From positions 309,324-373,323 of the forward strand of contig JAQUOD010000001.1 in the NCBI GenBank assembly GCA_028717245.1: 64,000 nt of DNA, read 5' to 3'. The notes below the pieces were generated by a model that made no database searches, had not been told where the DNA came from, and was given only the letters and a program-made list of their open reading frames with translations. A program made the position numbers and the translations under genes. Positions 1 through 10,424 of the stretch are shown piece after piece; the stretch's first letter is position 1, and every line of letters begins with the position of its first letter. The DNA comes from Candidatus Omnitrophota bacterium (GTDB lineage Bacteria > Omnitrophota > Gorgyraeia > Gygaellales > Profunditerraquicolaceae).

Positions 1-614
1 GTCGCGGTCAATGAAGGGGAGTGAATTCAAATCGTGGTTGAGTTGAAACTTACCGGTATTTCGGATTTGGCCATCCTGGCGGTAATAAATACCCGGCTCT
101 AATAGCTGTAAGCTGCAGGCGGTAAGCGGTAAGCTTTTAAGATTATTGCATAGATTCAGTAATAAAAAGTCGTAATCGCCGCCGGTTAGGACAAAATCTA
201 CCTGGGAATTTTGGAATGATTCTTCGGGCAGGGCCGTAACGTGGTCGCCGAATAATACTATTTTAGGGACAGTCCCCTTGGTTACCCCGGGATTAGCTAT
301 CTGCGGGGACAGTCCCTTAATTTCATTAATTATCTTCCAGTGTTGTTTGATAACCGGTGTCTTGGTTTCAAAGGCAATTAAATCAGGCTCTTCCTTTTGA
401 ATAAAATCCAGGAATTGCTTGTAAGTCCAACCTTCAGCAATACCATCCAACCAGATGACTTCATGCCCGGCCTGTTTTAAAAGCGTAGCTGCCGTGGCAG
501 GGACAACCGGATAGATATAAGTAGGTTCTTTAAAGAACTGGAACTGGCGGTTTTGCCCCAGGGTCGGGTAACCCTTATGGCTATCTAACGGCGGATAAGC
601 AATTATTACTTTCA
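1..614 (-). CDS. B12-binding-domain radical SAM protein, N-terminal part (gene runs off the window start)
   Basis: Reverse-strand translation from ATG at 614: MKVIIAYPPLDSHKGYPTLGQNR...IWLDGIAEGW...FVLTGGDYDF. This resembles the cobalamin-binding N-domain of class B radical SAM enzymes. It overlaps the stop codon of the next gene. Confidence 0.55.
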
Positions 615-1592
615 TTCTTCCCTAAGCCTTATGGATAACAAACCTTTTAGGAAATTAAAACCGTAAGTCAGGTGCGTCAAGATTATGCCTGAGAATACCA
701 AAGGAAGCATACGTAATTCATTACTAATACTAAAGACAAAAGCTAATGATAAATACAGGATTAAAATAAAAATATAGGTTGTCCTTAATGGGGCTAAAAA
801 ACAGGCTAAGATACCTCCTGATAAAACATACAATAAAAACAGGCTGGGAACAAAATAAGCCAATTTAAACGAAGTCTGCGGATACTTTTTGACAAAATAC
901 CCCCGATGCAGGGCGTAACTGGCTACTTGCTTAAGGTGCGCTAAAAATAAAGGCCGGCGATGGTGGTAAACTAAAACATCAGGGTCATAAATTATTTTTC
1001 TGCCTAACTTTTGGATTATGTCCAGGCAGAATTTTGTATCTTCTCCCGGCCAAAAATTTGTCTTAAAGCCGCCTAATTCCTGCATTACGGATTTACGCAC
1101 CAAAAAATTACAACTGGGATAATCATTAACTTCCCTTCTCTTTTTAGGCAAATACCTATAGGTAAAGTTAGCGCTGACTAAAAAGGAAGAATAGACCATG
1201 CCGCTGGCCCTCTGTCTCAGAGTATCTTCCTGCGGGGTTATCGCCGGCCCTCCCACTGCTCCTACCTGCGGATCCTCAAAGTTTATTACGGCATTCTTTA
1301 ACCAGTCTTTTCGCGGATAGGCGTCATCATCAATAAAAGCGAAGATTTCGCCCTCAGCATGGCCTATTGCCATATCCCTCTTTTGCGCAGGCGTAGCCCT
1401 GCCAGAAGGGACAATCCTGACAGGGACAGCCCCTTTAGTGTTCAATATATTAGATGAGGCAAGGACAGCTCCTGCCTCATCCGGAAAAACCAGGATCTCA
1501 AAATTACTATAATCCAATTCCCGGCATCTTTGGATGCACTCTTCTAAATTACTTTGCCAGGTTTTTACGGGGATAATAATCGATACGGTCAT
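612..1592 (-). CDS. family 2 glycosyltransferase with C-terminal TM segments
   Basis: 326 aa. GT2 fold signature IIIPVKT...DDDAYP, then hydrophobic C-terminus. Confidence 0.8.
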   Translation of the reverse strand: MTVSIIIPVKTWQSNLEECIQRCRELDYSNFEILVFPDEAGAVLASSNILNTKGAVPVRIVPSGRATPAQKRDMAIGHAEGEIFAFIDDDAYPRKDWLKNAVINFEDPQVGAVGGPAITPQEDTLRQRASGMVYSSFLVSANFTYRYLPKKRREVNDYPSCNFLVRKSVMQELGGFKTNFWPGEDTKFCLDIIQKLGRKIIYDPDVLVYHHRRPLFLAHLKQVASYALHRGYFVKKYPQTSFKLAYFVPSLFLLYVLSGGILACFLAPLRTTYIFILILYLSLAFVFSISNELRMLPLVFSGIILTHLTYGFNFLKGLLSIRLREE

Positions 1593-2319
1593 AGTATTTT
1601 AATATGTACATCCGGTAAAATATGGCCAAGGTGTCCCATCCGGTAGTATAAAGAGCCCGGTAACCGATCCTGCCGTATGGCCTTTGCGGCTTAAGGATGA
1701 TGGGCGCCTCGGCAATCTTATAGCCCAGGCGATGGGCATTCACCAAAACCTCTAAATCAAAGGCAAATTCTTTTACTAACACCCGGGGCAATACATCCCT
1801 TAAGACTTCAGTCTTGAATAATTTCAGGCCGGTCTGCGTGTCATGGCAAGGCAGGTTAAAGAGTAACCTTACTAATATATAATAAACAAAACTGATTATC
1901 TTACGCTGGATGGGATAATCTACTATAGAATTCGGGTGCAATTTAGAACCTATCACTATGTCTGCATTATCCAAACGCATAATATCAAAGAGGGTCTGAA
2001 ACTGAAGGGGATGCAAATCCATATCCGCATCTATAAAAAGCGTATAATCTCCGGTTATGTAATGCAGCGCCTTCTTAATGGCCCTGCCCTTGCCCGTATT
2101 CGCAGGATTCCTCCTCACAACAAGCTGGGGGTATTTCTGTGTTAAAGCCGCTGCCCTCTCATATGTCTGGTCAGTTGAGCCGTCATCCATGATAATGAGC
2201 TCCCAGGGGTGGCCAAAACTATTAAAGGCCCGCGCCGTTTCTTCAATGCTGGAGGCAATACGCCCTGCCTCGTTATAAGCAGGCATGACTATGGAAATTT
2301 TCTCTTTTATATCTTGCAT
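1549..2319 (-). CDS. family 2 glycosyltransferase (dolichyl-phosphate mannose synthase-like)
   Basis: 256 aa. SIVMPAYNEAGRI, MDDGSTD and IDADMD motifs. 44-nt overlap with the downstream GT2. Confidence 0.85.
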   Translation of the reverse strand: MQDIKEKISIVMPAYNEAGRIASSIEETARAFNSFGHPWELIIMDDGSTDQTYERAAALTQKYPQLVVRRNPANTGKGRAIKKALHYITGDYTLFIDADMDLHPLQFQTLFDIMRLDNADIVIGSKLHPNSIVDYPIQRKIISFVYYILVRLLFNLPCHDTQTGLKLFKTEVLRDVLPRVLVKEFAFDLEVLVNAHRLGYKIAEAPIILKPQRPYGRIGYRALYTTGWDTLAIFYRMYILKYYDRIDYYPRKNLAK

Positions 2320-2322
2320 ATA

Positions 2323-3576
2323 TTATGCGTGAATGGCCCTTTTCTTATAACTCAAAGCTAAATGTATAAAAAACAGTAAAATTGAATTTATGCATAAGGT
2401 TAACTGAACCTGTAAAAGGTTTGTGTGAAATAAAATAATGGCAAAGAATTGCAATAAGGTAAATAAAATTAAATATTTTATAAAACGCATGTCTTTTAGA
2501 GAAAGGAAATAGGTAATTAAAATAAATGAAAACGAAAAGAAACTCATGGAGAGCCCGAATAACCTGCCTAATATAACAGATTCGCCGAACGTTTTTCCGG
2601 TAAGTATCTTTAAAACGGAAACAGGGAAAAAATTATAAACTATGTTAGCGATAATACAAAGCACAGCGGCATACAAGAGGGAACGCCTTAATGCCGGACG
2701 GGTATCCATATTCCTGGCATTTAACCCTGCGGAGCGCGGAAACATTACCAGGCTTATTGCCCCCGGTAAAAAAAGAAAAATCTTGCCTACCATCTGCGCC
2801 AAAGAATAGAAACCCGCTTCAGCCGGGTTAAAAAAGTATTTTACCAACACCATATCGTAATTTACTAAAGCGGTAAAGCAAAAGAGGCTCACTGCCACGG
2901 GAAATAAGTAAGAAAAAAATTCTTTAAAATTTATATCCTCCTGCACAGGCCCCCGAGAAAAGAAATTGCGCAGAGGAAAAATAAAAATAATAATTCCTAT
3001 CAAATTAGCTGCCAGGAATGCGCCTAATGCCCCGCAGATATTAAACCCTAAACCAATAAATATAAAAGCAAGGCCCAGTTTTAATATTCCTGAGATAAGC
3101 GCGGAAGACACAAGCCAGTTAAATAACTCTAATCCCTGCAAGGCACCTGAAAAAACCGGCATAAACCAGGATAAAGCCAATAAGGCGGCTAAAATATAAC
3201 CGCAATTAAGAGAGGGAATTTTTAATTTATCCGTTACATAAGAAGCGGCCAAGAGAAAAATAAGGAACGTAAACACCGCAGGAAATAATACCTTCCTGCC
3301 AAGCCCCCTTAGTAAGGCCCTGGCTTTATCAGCTCTATTCTGCGCGCTGAATTCCGCGCTATATTTAGCTACTCCTGTCTGAATAGTTGCCAGGGGCGCT
3401 GAGATTAGCAAGAAGATAGAAAGTAAGGAATTAAAAGCAGCGAAGTCCGCTCCGGACATACGATGGGCAAGCAGGAGCTGATAAAAAAGATTAAAGATAT
3501 TAATCAAAGAGGTACCGAGGAATACAAGGATGATATTTTTATGAAAATTATCCAGCTTTTTTATCAGCCTCAACAT
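2323..3576 (-). CDS. polysaccharide flippase (MOP/Wzx-like polytopic membrane protein)
   Basis: 417 aa, about 12 hydrophobic helices. Sits in a glycosyltransferase cluster. Confidence 0.7.
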   Translation of the reverse strand: MLRLIKKLDNFHKNIILVFLGTSLINIFNLFYQLLLAHRMSGADFAAFNSLLSIFLLISAPLATIQTGVAKYSAEFSAQNRADKARALLRGLGRKVLFPAVFTFLIFLLAASYVTDKLKIPSLNCGYILAALLALSWFMPVFSGALQGLELFNWLVSSALISGILKLGLAFIFIGLGFNICGALGAFLAANLIGIIIFIFPLRNFFSRGPVQEDINFKEFFSYLFPVAVSLFCFTALVNYDMVLVKYFFNPAEAGFYSLAQMVGKIFLFLPGAISLVMFPRSAGLNARNMDTRPALRRSLLYAAVLCIIANIVYNFFPVSVLKILTGKTFGESVILGRLFGLSMSFFSFSFILITYFLSLKDMRFIKYLILFTLLQFFAIILFHTNLLQVQLTLCINSILLFFIHLALSYKKRAIHA

Positions 3577-3580
3577 TATT

Positions 3581-4750
3581 TTATTTTTCCAGTCTTAAGA
3601 AACGCTTCTTACCCACCTTTAGGATACCTTCCTGATCAAGGATAGAGTCTTCGCTGTCTAAACGTTTATCCGCAAAGGAAACGCCCCCCTGTTTTATCAG
3701 GCGCCGCGCTTCGTTTTTTGATTCCATTAAACCGCTATCCAAGAGCACGTCGATTAGACTAACTCCTCCTTCTTTTAATTTATAAACCGGGGCATCCTCA
3801 GGAAGCTCACCCTGGCTAAAAACGCGCTCAAAGCCTGCCCTGGCCTCCTTAGCCAAACGGCTGCCGTGATACTGAGAGGTTATCTTCTCTGCCAGGTTCA
3901 ATTTGGCTTGCTTAGGATGCATCTTCTTTACTGTTTCCAAATCCTCGTCCGTAAGCAGGGTGTAATACTTAAACATCAATTCATCGGACACCGACATAGT
4001 CTTCCCAAACATCTCCTTCGGTGCCTCATTAATACCAATATAATTACCCAGCGATTTACTCATCTTATTCACTCCGTCGGTGCCTTCAAGCAACGGTAGA
4101 GTAACGATTACCTGCGGGGACTGGCCAAAATCCTTTTGGAGTTCCCTGCCTACAATCAAATTGAATTTCTGGTCATTACCCCCAATCTCAATATCTGCCT
4201 TCAGGACTACCGAATCATACCCCTGAAGGATAGGATAAATAAATTCTGACATATATAGCGGCTTTTGCTCTTTAATCCTCAAGGAAAAATCATCCCGCTC
4301 TAATAACCTAGTTGCTGTGTAGTGGGTAAGCAGCCTGCCGAATTCAAGCCCCTTCAACCTGTTGAGCCAGCTGCTGTTAAAAACAATTTTTGTCTTTCTG
4401 GAATCAAGAATCTTAAAAACCTGTTTTTTATACGTCGCGCTATTAGCTTTTATTTCTTTTGCGCTGGGGACTCTTCTGGCTTTATTCTGTCCGGAGGGGT
4501 CGCCGATACGCGCGGTAAAATCACCGATGAGAAAAATCACCTGATGGCCTAAGTCCTGAAACTGGCGCAGTTTCCTCAAGAGGACAGTATGGCCCAAATG
4601 GATATCGGCGCTAGTTGGGTCAAAACCTGCCTTTACCCTCAAAGACCGGCCTTCTTTCAAGCTCTTTTCTAGCTTCAGCTTTAATTCTTCCTCGGAGATT
4701 ATCTCTACAGCCCCGCGCCTGATAATTTCCAGCTGTTTATTGATATCCAT
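3581..4750 (-). CDS. tyrS: tyrosine--tRNA ligase
   Basis: HLGH (HIGH-class) and KMSKS motifs; C-terminal S4-like domain. Confidence 0.93.
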   Translation of the reverse strand: MDINKQLEIIRRGAVEIISEEELKLKLEKSLKEGRSLRVKAGFDPTSADIHLGHTVLLRKLRQFQDLGHQVIFLIGDFTARIGDPSGQNKARRVPSAKEIKANSATYKKQVFKILDSRKTKIVFNSSWLNRLKGLEFGRLLTHYTATRLLERDDFSLRIKEQKPLYMSEFIYPILQGYDSVVLKADIEIGGNDQKFNLIVGRELQKDFGQSPQVIVTLPLLEGTDGVNKMSKSLGNYIGINEAPKEMFGKTMSVSDELMFKYYTLLTDEDLETVKKMHPKQAKLNLAEKITSQYHGSRLAKEARAGFERVFSQGELPEDAPVYKLKEGGVSLIDVLLDSGLMESKNEARRLIKQGGVSFADKRLDSEDSILDQEGILKVGKKRFLRLEK

Positions 4751-4762
4751 TTCCCACCTCTT

Positions 4763-6304
4763 TTATATTTTTGCGCTCAGGCCAACTTTCGCCTGCTCCA
4801 CATCCACCTTAATTACCTTTACTTTCAGTTTATCCTGAGGCTTCAACTGTGCCAGTATATCTTTTTCTATCTCGCTGGCATAAACCAAGCCCTCCAATTC
4901 CTCATCAATCTTCACAAATACCCCAAAATCAGTCAGGCTGACGACCTCTGTTTCCAGAAGAGTATCTAAAGGATACTTAGCGGCAATATCCGGCCAGGGG
5001 TTGGGCTGCAATTGTTTTAAACCCAAAGCAATGCGCCTGTTTGTAGCATCTACGGAGAGAACCACTACTTCTACTTTTTGCCCCTTCTTTAACACATCCT
5101 GGGGATGGGTTATTCTTTTTGTCCAGGACATATCTGAGATGTGGATCATCCCCTCTAGGTTACTATCCAGCTCTACAAATACGCCGTAGGTGGTAAAACC
5201 CCTTACCTTACCCGAAACCTTAGTGCCCGCCGGGTATTTGAATTCAGCATCTAACCAGGGGTTCTGTTCCAGCTGCTTAAGGCTTAAAGAAATCTTGCGC
5301 GATTCTTTATCAATATTCAACACCTGGACCTCCACCATATCCTGGATAGCGAACATCTCGCCCGGATTATTAATCCTCTTGGTCCAGGACATCTCTGATA
5401 CGTGGATCAAACCCTCTATCCCTTTTTCTAATTCTACAAATACGCCGTAAGGAAGGATATTTACGACTTTGCCCTTTATTTTGGAACCCACGCTATATTT
5501 TTTCTCGATATCCTGCCAGGGATCGGGAAACCTCTGCTTCAGGCCTAATGAGATCTTCCCTGCCTCTTTGTCCAAATTCAGGATTACGACATCAATTTTA
5601 TCTCCCAATGCCACGACTTCAGAAGGATGGCTGACCTTAGACCAGGACATATCAGTGATGTATAATAGCCCGTCTACCCCGCCTAAATCCACAAAAGCGC
5701 CGAAATCGGTGATGGCCTTGACGGTCCCGGAATGAATCATGCCTGCTTTTAGGTTCTGCCAGATCTTTTCTTTCGCCTCTTCCTTTTCTTTCTGCATAGC
5801 CTCGCGGTGAGATAAGATAATACTGTGCCTTAAGTTATTTATTTTAATGATCTTGAACTTAAATGTCTTATATAAAATATTTTTGTCAGGGACACCCCTA
5901 AAGGCAGAAAGCGATGCCGGCAGGAATCCTTCTATCCCCGTAACATCGATCAGAAAACCGCCTTTTACCTTTTTTATGGGCTTACCCTCAATGAGGCCGC
6001 CGTCTTTGGCATGCTGGACAATCTTATCCCAACCCTGTACGCGTATGGCCTTCTCCCGCGAGAGCCCAATCATGCCCGAGTCATCCTCGATGCAATCGAT
6101 AAAGAAATCAAGCTCTTTGCCCGCCTCCAGGTCCTCCCTGCTGAATTGGGTTATGGGCACAATACCTTCGGATTTAAAGCCCACGTCCACCAGCACCTCT
6201 TTCGTTTTTATGGAAACTATCTTGCCTTTTATAATCTGCCCTTCACGCAGTATTTTTATACTTTGGTTGTAAAGCTCCTCCATTATGGATTTTTCTTCTG
6301 TCAT
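4763..6304 (-). CDS. rpsA: 30S ribosomal protein S1
   Basis: 513 aa with repeated S1 domains (GxV...G.V.....FGAFV). Confidence 0.92.
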   Translation of the reverse strand: MTEEKSIMEELYNQSIKILREGQIIKGKIVSIKTKEVLVDVGFKSEGIVPITQFSREDLEAGKELDFFIDCIEDDSGMIGLSREKAIRVQGWDKIVQHAKDGGLIEGKPIKKVKGGFLIDVTGIEGFLPASLSAFRGVPDKNILYKTFKFKIIKINNLRHSIILSHREAMQKEKEEAKEKIWQNLKAGMIHSGTVKAITDFGAFVDLGGVDGLLYITDMSWSKVSHPSEVVALGDKIDVVILNLDKEAGKISLGLKQRFPDPWQDIEKKYSVGSKIKGKVVNILPYGVFVELEKGIEGLIHVSEMSWTKRINNPGEMFAIQDMVEVQVLNIDKESRKISLSLKQLEQNPWLDAEFKYPAGTKVSGKVRGFTTYGVFVELDSNLEGMIHISDMSWTKRITHPQDVLKKGQKVEVVVLSVDATNRRIALGLKQLQPNPWPDIAAKYPLDTLLETEVVSLTDFGVFVKIDEELEGLVYASEIEKDILAQLKPQDKLKVKVIKVDVEQAKVGLSAKI

Positions 6305-6306
6305 TT

Positions 6307-7164
6307 TTATTTCTCCTTTCGCGAACTTATTTTTTTAACGATATCCCCAACTAACCATTCCGGCGTGGAAGCGCCGCTGATCAAACCGACCCTATCGGCC
6401 TTTTTTAATATACCGGATAACGGCGTTCCTTTATTTTCCACCAGATACGTTCTTTTATTAATTTTGCGGCCTATGGAAAAGAGCCTCTTAGTGTTGGCGC
6501 TTAGGCGCGAACCAACAACCAAAAGGACATCTACGGACTTAGCCAGTTTTCCAGCTTCATCCTGCCTGCGGGCCGTATCCAAACATATGGTGTTATAAAT
6601 ATGCACCTCCTTTACCAAAGGATTTTTCTCTAGAATTTTATTGACTATCTTAAAAAACATGTCCTGCGCCTGCGTAGTCTGGGAAATAATCCCTATTTTC
6701 CTATATGAGAACCAGCCCTGTTTTATATCTTTTATCCTATCGATAGTATGCGCTCCTATAGCCAAATCCAATAACGCCTTTATCTCAGGATGCCTGCGTT
6801 CGCCGATAATGATAACTTCTAGCCCCTGTTCGTGGAGCATGGCGCAGGTCTTCTGCACCAAGGAGACATAAGGACAAGTTACGTCTATAAGCCTTAATTT
6901 TTTCTTTTTTGCGGTTTTTAATATATTGCGCGCAGTGCCGTGGGAGGGTAATATAAGGACGGATGATTCCTTTAGATTATCTAACGATTTTACTACGCAC
7001 AGGCCCCTTCTTTCCAGGCGTTTTATTACCTCGGGGTTATGTATGACCGGCCCCAGCGAATAAATAATGCCTTTATTTCTATTAAGCGCCCCTTCAACAA
7101 TATCTATTGCCCGCTTAACCCCTAAACAGAAACCAATATTCTTCGCTAATTTGATTCCTCGCAT
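6307..7164 (-). CDS. ispH: 4-hydroxy-3-methylbut-2-enyl diphosphate reductase
   Basis: GFCLGVKRAI...HNPEV motif. Adjacent to rpsA, a known ispH-rpsA association. Confidence 0.9.
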   Translation of the reverse strand: MRGIKLAKNIGFCLGVKRAIDIVEGALNRNKGIIYSLGPVIHNPEVIKRLERRGLCVVKSLDNLKESSVLILPSHGTARNILKTAKKKKLRLIDVTCPYVSLVQKTCAMLHEQGLEVIIIGERRHPEIKALLDLAIGAHTIDRIKDIKQGWFSYRKIGIISQTTQAQDMFFKIVNKILEKNPLVKEVHIYNTICLDTARRQDEAGKLAKSVDVLLVVGSRLSANTKRLFSIGRKINKRTYLVENKGTPLSGILKKADRVGLISGASTPEWLVGDIVKKISSRKEK

Positions 7165-7742
7165 GAAAGATGCCTAATATTATCCATTATTTGTTTTGCG
7201 GTTTCTTGATAAGGCACCCTCCTTTCTATGGGAATTTGTTCTCCGAAACGTACTGAAATACTCGCTGCCTTCAGAAACTTAACGCCGCGAGGCAATGCCT
7301 TTTCTGTCCCTGATATAAAAGCCGGTATCACCGGCACGTCCAGTTTTGCGCTTAAAAAACCGATGCCCGCATAAGGTTCGCTCGATTTACCGTCGAATCT
7401 ACGGCTGCCTTCGGGAAATAAAGCCAGGCCTTTACCGTTTTTTACGCGGCGCATAGCTTCTTTAATCGCGGATAAATCCGCAGAATCCCTCTTTACGGGA
7501 AAGGCGTAGACCGCATGCAGGAGCCGCGAAATCCAGGGACGGCAAAATAATTCTTCTTTAGCCATATAATTCAATTTACGCGAACAGGCAGCCCCTAAGA
7601 CCCCAGGGTCTAAGTAACTGACGTGGTTACTGACCAAAATAAACCCGCCTTTCCTGGGGATATGCTTTACCCCACGTACCTCAAAATGGAAAAATATTTT
7701 TAAAATAATGATTATTAGAAACCTGAAGAAACTATAGAGCAT
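7146..7742 (-). CDS. plsC: 1-acyl-sn-glycerol-3-phosphate acyltransferase family protein
   Basis: NHVSYLD (HX4D) and FPEGSR acyltransferase motifs. Confidence 0.8.
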   Translation of the reverse strand: MLYSFFRFLIIIILKIFFHFEVRGVKHIPRKGGFILVSNHVSYLDPGVLGAACSRKLNYMAKEELFCRPWISRLLHAVYAFPVKRDSADLSAIKEAMRRVKNGKGLALFPEGSRRFDGKSSEPYAGIGFLSAKLDVPVIPAFISGTEKALPRGVKFLKAASISVRFGEQIPIERRVPYQETAKQIMDNIRHLSCEESN

Positions 7743-9120
7743 CCTTTAAAATTAATTCCCTGCCGTAGGCTAATAATTTTTTGGCATCGCTTAAATTCTT
7801 TGACTCCGCATAGATACGCATCAGAGGCTCGGTCCCTGAGGCCCGAAACATCAGCCAGCTTTCGTCTGCACAAATCAATTTTATACCATCGTAATCCTTT
7901 ACCTGCGTCACCTTTTTTCCTAAAAGTTGCCCCGGCAGCATTTCTTTCCTGGGTTCTACGCGTTTAGAAAGACGCAAATCCTGGCGTAAATAATAATAAC
8001 GGCCAAATTGTTTTTCGGTTTCATTCAAAATCTTCAGGATATCCTTATTACGGTAGGCCATCATCTCCAGGAGCAAGAGCCCTGCCACTGTCCCGTCGCG
8101 TTCAGGTATATACCCTTTGACGCCCATGCCGCCTGCCTCTTCTCCGCCGGCTAAGATATCTTCTGTCTCCATAAGGTTAGAGATATATTTAAAACCTACC
8201 GGGGTCTCGTAAAGCTTGGCCTTTAAAAATCCGGCTATATGGTCAATCATAGTCGTGCCTGCGATCGTCTTGACAATACCGCCGCGCCAGGACCTATCCT
8301 GATGCAGGTGCAACGCCAAAAGGCCCAATATTTTCTGTGGATGGATAAATATGCCGCCTGGCGCAACTGCGGCAATCCTGTCTGCATCGCCATCTAAGGC
8401 TATCCCCAAATCAAACTTCTCTTTTTTAACCCTGGATTTTAAACCTCCCAGGTTCTCTTCAACCGGTTCGGGGTTTATGCCCATAAAAGAAGGGTTGATG
8501 CTGTTACGCATAAACTCTAATCTTATATCTGTCCCTTTAAGTACCTGGGCGATAAAACTGTCTCCTGAACCATACATGACATCGACTAAAACCTTGAATC
8601 TTTTTTTCTTAACTTTCTTTAAATCAAGGTAAGAACGGATGAATTTAACGTAGGCTCCGGTTAAGTCTTCTTTCTTTATTAAATCCGCGCTGCCGCTATC
8701 AGGCTTAACAGGAGTTTTCCCTAAGCGTTTTTCTATATCCTCTGTGACCTCCTCACCTGCTGCCCCTCCTGAAGGTATCTTAATCTTAAAACCGTTATAT
8801 TGCGCGGGATTATGGGATGCGGTAATCATAATGCCTAAATCCAGTTTCCTTGACCTGACGGCAAAACTTAAAGCAGGAGTAGGGACAGCCCTGTCCGAAA
8901 GCAAAACCTTAATGCCGTTATTTTCCAGCACTCCCGCTGCTGCCTCGGCAAAATCTGCGGACATAAAACGCGTGTCATAACCTACTGCCGCATCCTTCCC
9001 GGAACCCAGATAATCTGCCACCGCCTGCGAAACAATCTTTAAGTTTTTAAAGGTGTAGTTCTTGGCAATGATACCTCTCCAGCCGTCTGTGCCGAATTTA
9101 ATCTCATGGTTATCTTGCAT
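7732..9120 (-). CDS. phosphoglucomutase/phosphomannomutase family protein
   Basis: TASHNP active-site Ser loop; GDGDADR metal site. Confidence 0.88.
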   Translation of the reverse strand: MQDNHEIKFGTDGWRGIIAKNYTFKNLKIVSQAVADYLGSGKDAAVGYDTRFMSADFAEAAAGVLENNGIKVLLSDRAVPTPALSFAVRSRKLDLGIMITASHNPAQYNGFKIKIPSGGAAGEEVTEDIEKRLGKTPVKPDSGSADLIKKEDLTGAYVKFIRSYLDLKKVKKKRFKVLVDVMYGSGDSFIAQVLKGTDIRLEFMRNSINPSFMGINPEPVEENLGGLKSRVKKEKFDLGIALDGDADRIAAVAPGGIFIHPQKILGLLALHLHQDRSWRGGIVKTIAGTTMIDHIAGFLKAKLYETPVGFKYISNLMETEDILAGGEEAGGMGVKGYIPERDGTVAGLLLLEMMAYRNKDILKILNETEKQFGRYYYLRQDLRLSKRVEPRKEMLPGQLLGKKVTQVKDYDGIKLICADESWLMFRASGTEPLMRIYAESKNLSDAKKLLAYGRELILKDAL

Positions 9121-9754
9121 TTCTTATCCTTTCAATTGCTAACCTGGTATTCTTTGCGCCGAATATATAAGAACCCGCGGCTAAAATATCAGCCCCTGAT
9201 TTTATAATCCTGGCTGCTACCTTATCGTTTACTCCCCCGTCTACAGAAATATCCCCTTTAAAAATAGAGCGTAACTGCCTTATTTTTGGCAATACTGCAG
9301 GTATAAAAGATTGGCCGCTAAAGCCGGGGTTGACTGACATAACTAAAACAAAATCTACAAACCCCAGCGTTTCCTTAATTTTTGTTAAGGGTGTAGCAGG
9401 ATTCAAGGATATACCGAGCTTTATTCCCTTTTTTTTAAGCTTTACGCTTTGCGCTTTAAGCTTTGCGCTTGATATGGCTTCAATATGCACGGTAATCATA
9501 TCGCTTCCGGCACTTATAAATTCATCAATGAATTTCTGCGGGTTTTCAATCATTAAATGCACGTCTAAAGGGAGCTTTGTCACCCGGCGTATATATTTAA
9601 CCACTACCGGCCCGATGGTAATATTAGGCACAAAGTGTCCGTCCATAACATCTATGTGCAGCATATCTGCACCCGCTGACTCCACCTTTTTTATTTCCCG
9701 GGCAAGGCAGCTAAAATCCGCAGATAATATGGATGGTGCGATTTTGATTTTCAT
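9110..9754 (-). CDS. rpe: ribulose-phosphate 3-epimerase
   Basis: MKIKIAPSILSADF...HIDVMDGHFVPN. Confidence 0.92.
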   Translation of the reverse strand: MKIKIAPSILSADFSCLAREIKKVESAGADMLHIDVMDGHFVPNITIGPVVVKYIRRVTKLPLDVHLMIENPQKFIDEFISAGSDMITVHIEAISSAKLKAQSVKLKKKGIKLGISLNPATPLTKIKETLGFVDFVLVMSVNPGFSGQSFIPAVLPKIRQLRSIFKGDISVDGGVNDKVAARIIKSGADILAAGSYIFGAKNTRLAIERIRNAR

Positions 9755-10317
9755 TTGTAGAGCCTCTTTTTATTAATATACCTGGATACTGCCTCGGGGA
9801 CCAGATAACGAAATGACCTCTCTTCTTTGATCGCCTGGCGTACTTCAAACCCGGAGACATCCACTGCCCTGATCGGTATGGTAGAAATGTGGGAAGGTAT
9901 CTCCTCCAGCGGATAACCCGGCCGCGTCGCTACCACAAACTTGACCATTTTAATGATTTCATCTAAATCCTTCCACTCTTTTAGATACTTAAGCAGGTCT
10001 GAACCGATTATAAAATATAGCTCATCCTGCGGGTATATTTCCTTTAATGCCCTCAAGGTGTCTATCGTATAAGAACGGCCGTCTCTTTTGATTTCAATAT
10101 CGGAAGCTAAAAAATGCCTGTTGCCTTTTATGGCCAGCTTCACCATAGTAAGGCGCGTAGCAGCGCAGGCAATATCAGAATTATCTTTATGCGGCGGCAG
10201 GTATGCCGGCACAAAAATAACCTTATCTAATTTTAACTTTTCCCTGACCTCCTCAGCTAAAATGAGGTGGCCGATATGTATAGGGTTAAAAGTACCGCCT
10301 AATATTCCTATTTTCAT
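9751..10317 (-). CDS. nadD: nicotinate-nucleotide adenylyltransferase
   Basis: GILGGTFNPIHIGHL (HxGH nucleotidyltransferase). Confidence 0.9.
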   Translation of the reverse strand: MKIGILGGTFNPIHIGHLILAEEVREKLKLDKVIFVPAYLPPHKDNSDIACAATRLTMVKLAIKGNRHFLASDIEIKRDGRSYTIDTLRALKEIYPQDELYFIIGSDLLKYLKEWKDLDEIIKMVKFVVATRPGYPLEEIPSHISTIPIRAVDVSGFEVRQAIKEERSFRYLVPEAVSRYINKKRLYK

Positions 10318-10342
10318 ACTGATTATTGTTAAAATTAGTTCA

Positions 10343-10420
10343 TTGAGTTTATTGAGTTCATAGAGTTATTGAGTTATACATGGTTTAACTCAAAAAACTC
10401 AACAAACTCAAGTAACTCAA
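10343..10420. repeat. phased heptamer array: 4 x TTGAGTT then 4 x AACTCAA (long imperfect palindrome) between proA and nadD
   Basis: TTGAGTT at 10343, 10352, 10361 (TAGAGTT) and 10369. AACTCAA at 10387, 10396, 10405 and 10414. Spacing is 8-9 bp in both arms. Confidence 0.8.
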
Positions 10421-10424
10421 CAAA

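Noticed and set aside
6011-6598. Plus-strand ORFs (e.g. 6011..6598, 20573..21160, 56249..56866, 5847..6272) and nested minus-strand ORFs (22028..22240, 31059..31286, 33870..34085)
   Set aside because: All are fully embedded in strongly supported minus-strand genes with clear homology (rpsA, ugd, Pta-N, lptD, DUF1015, dnaK). They are shadow ORFs.
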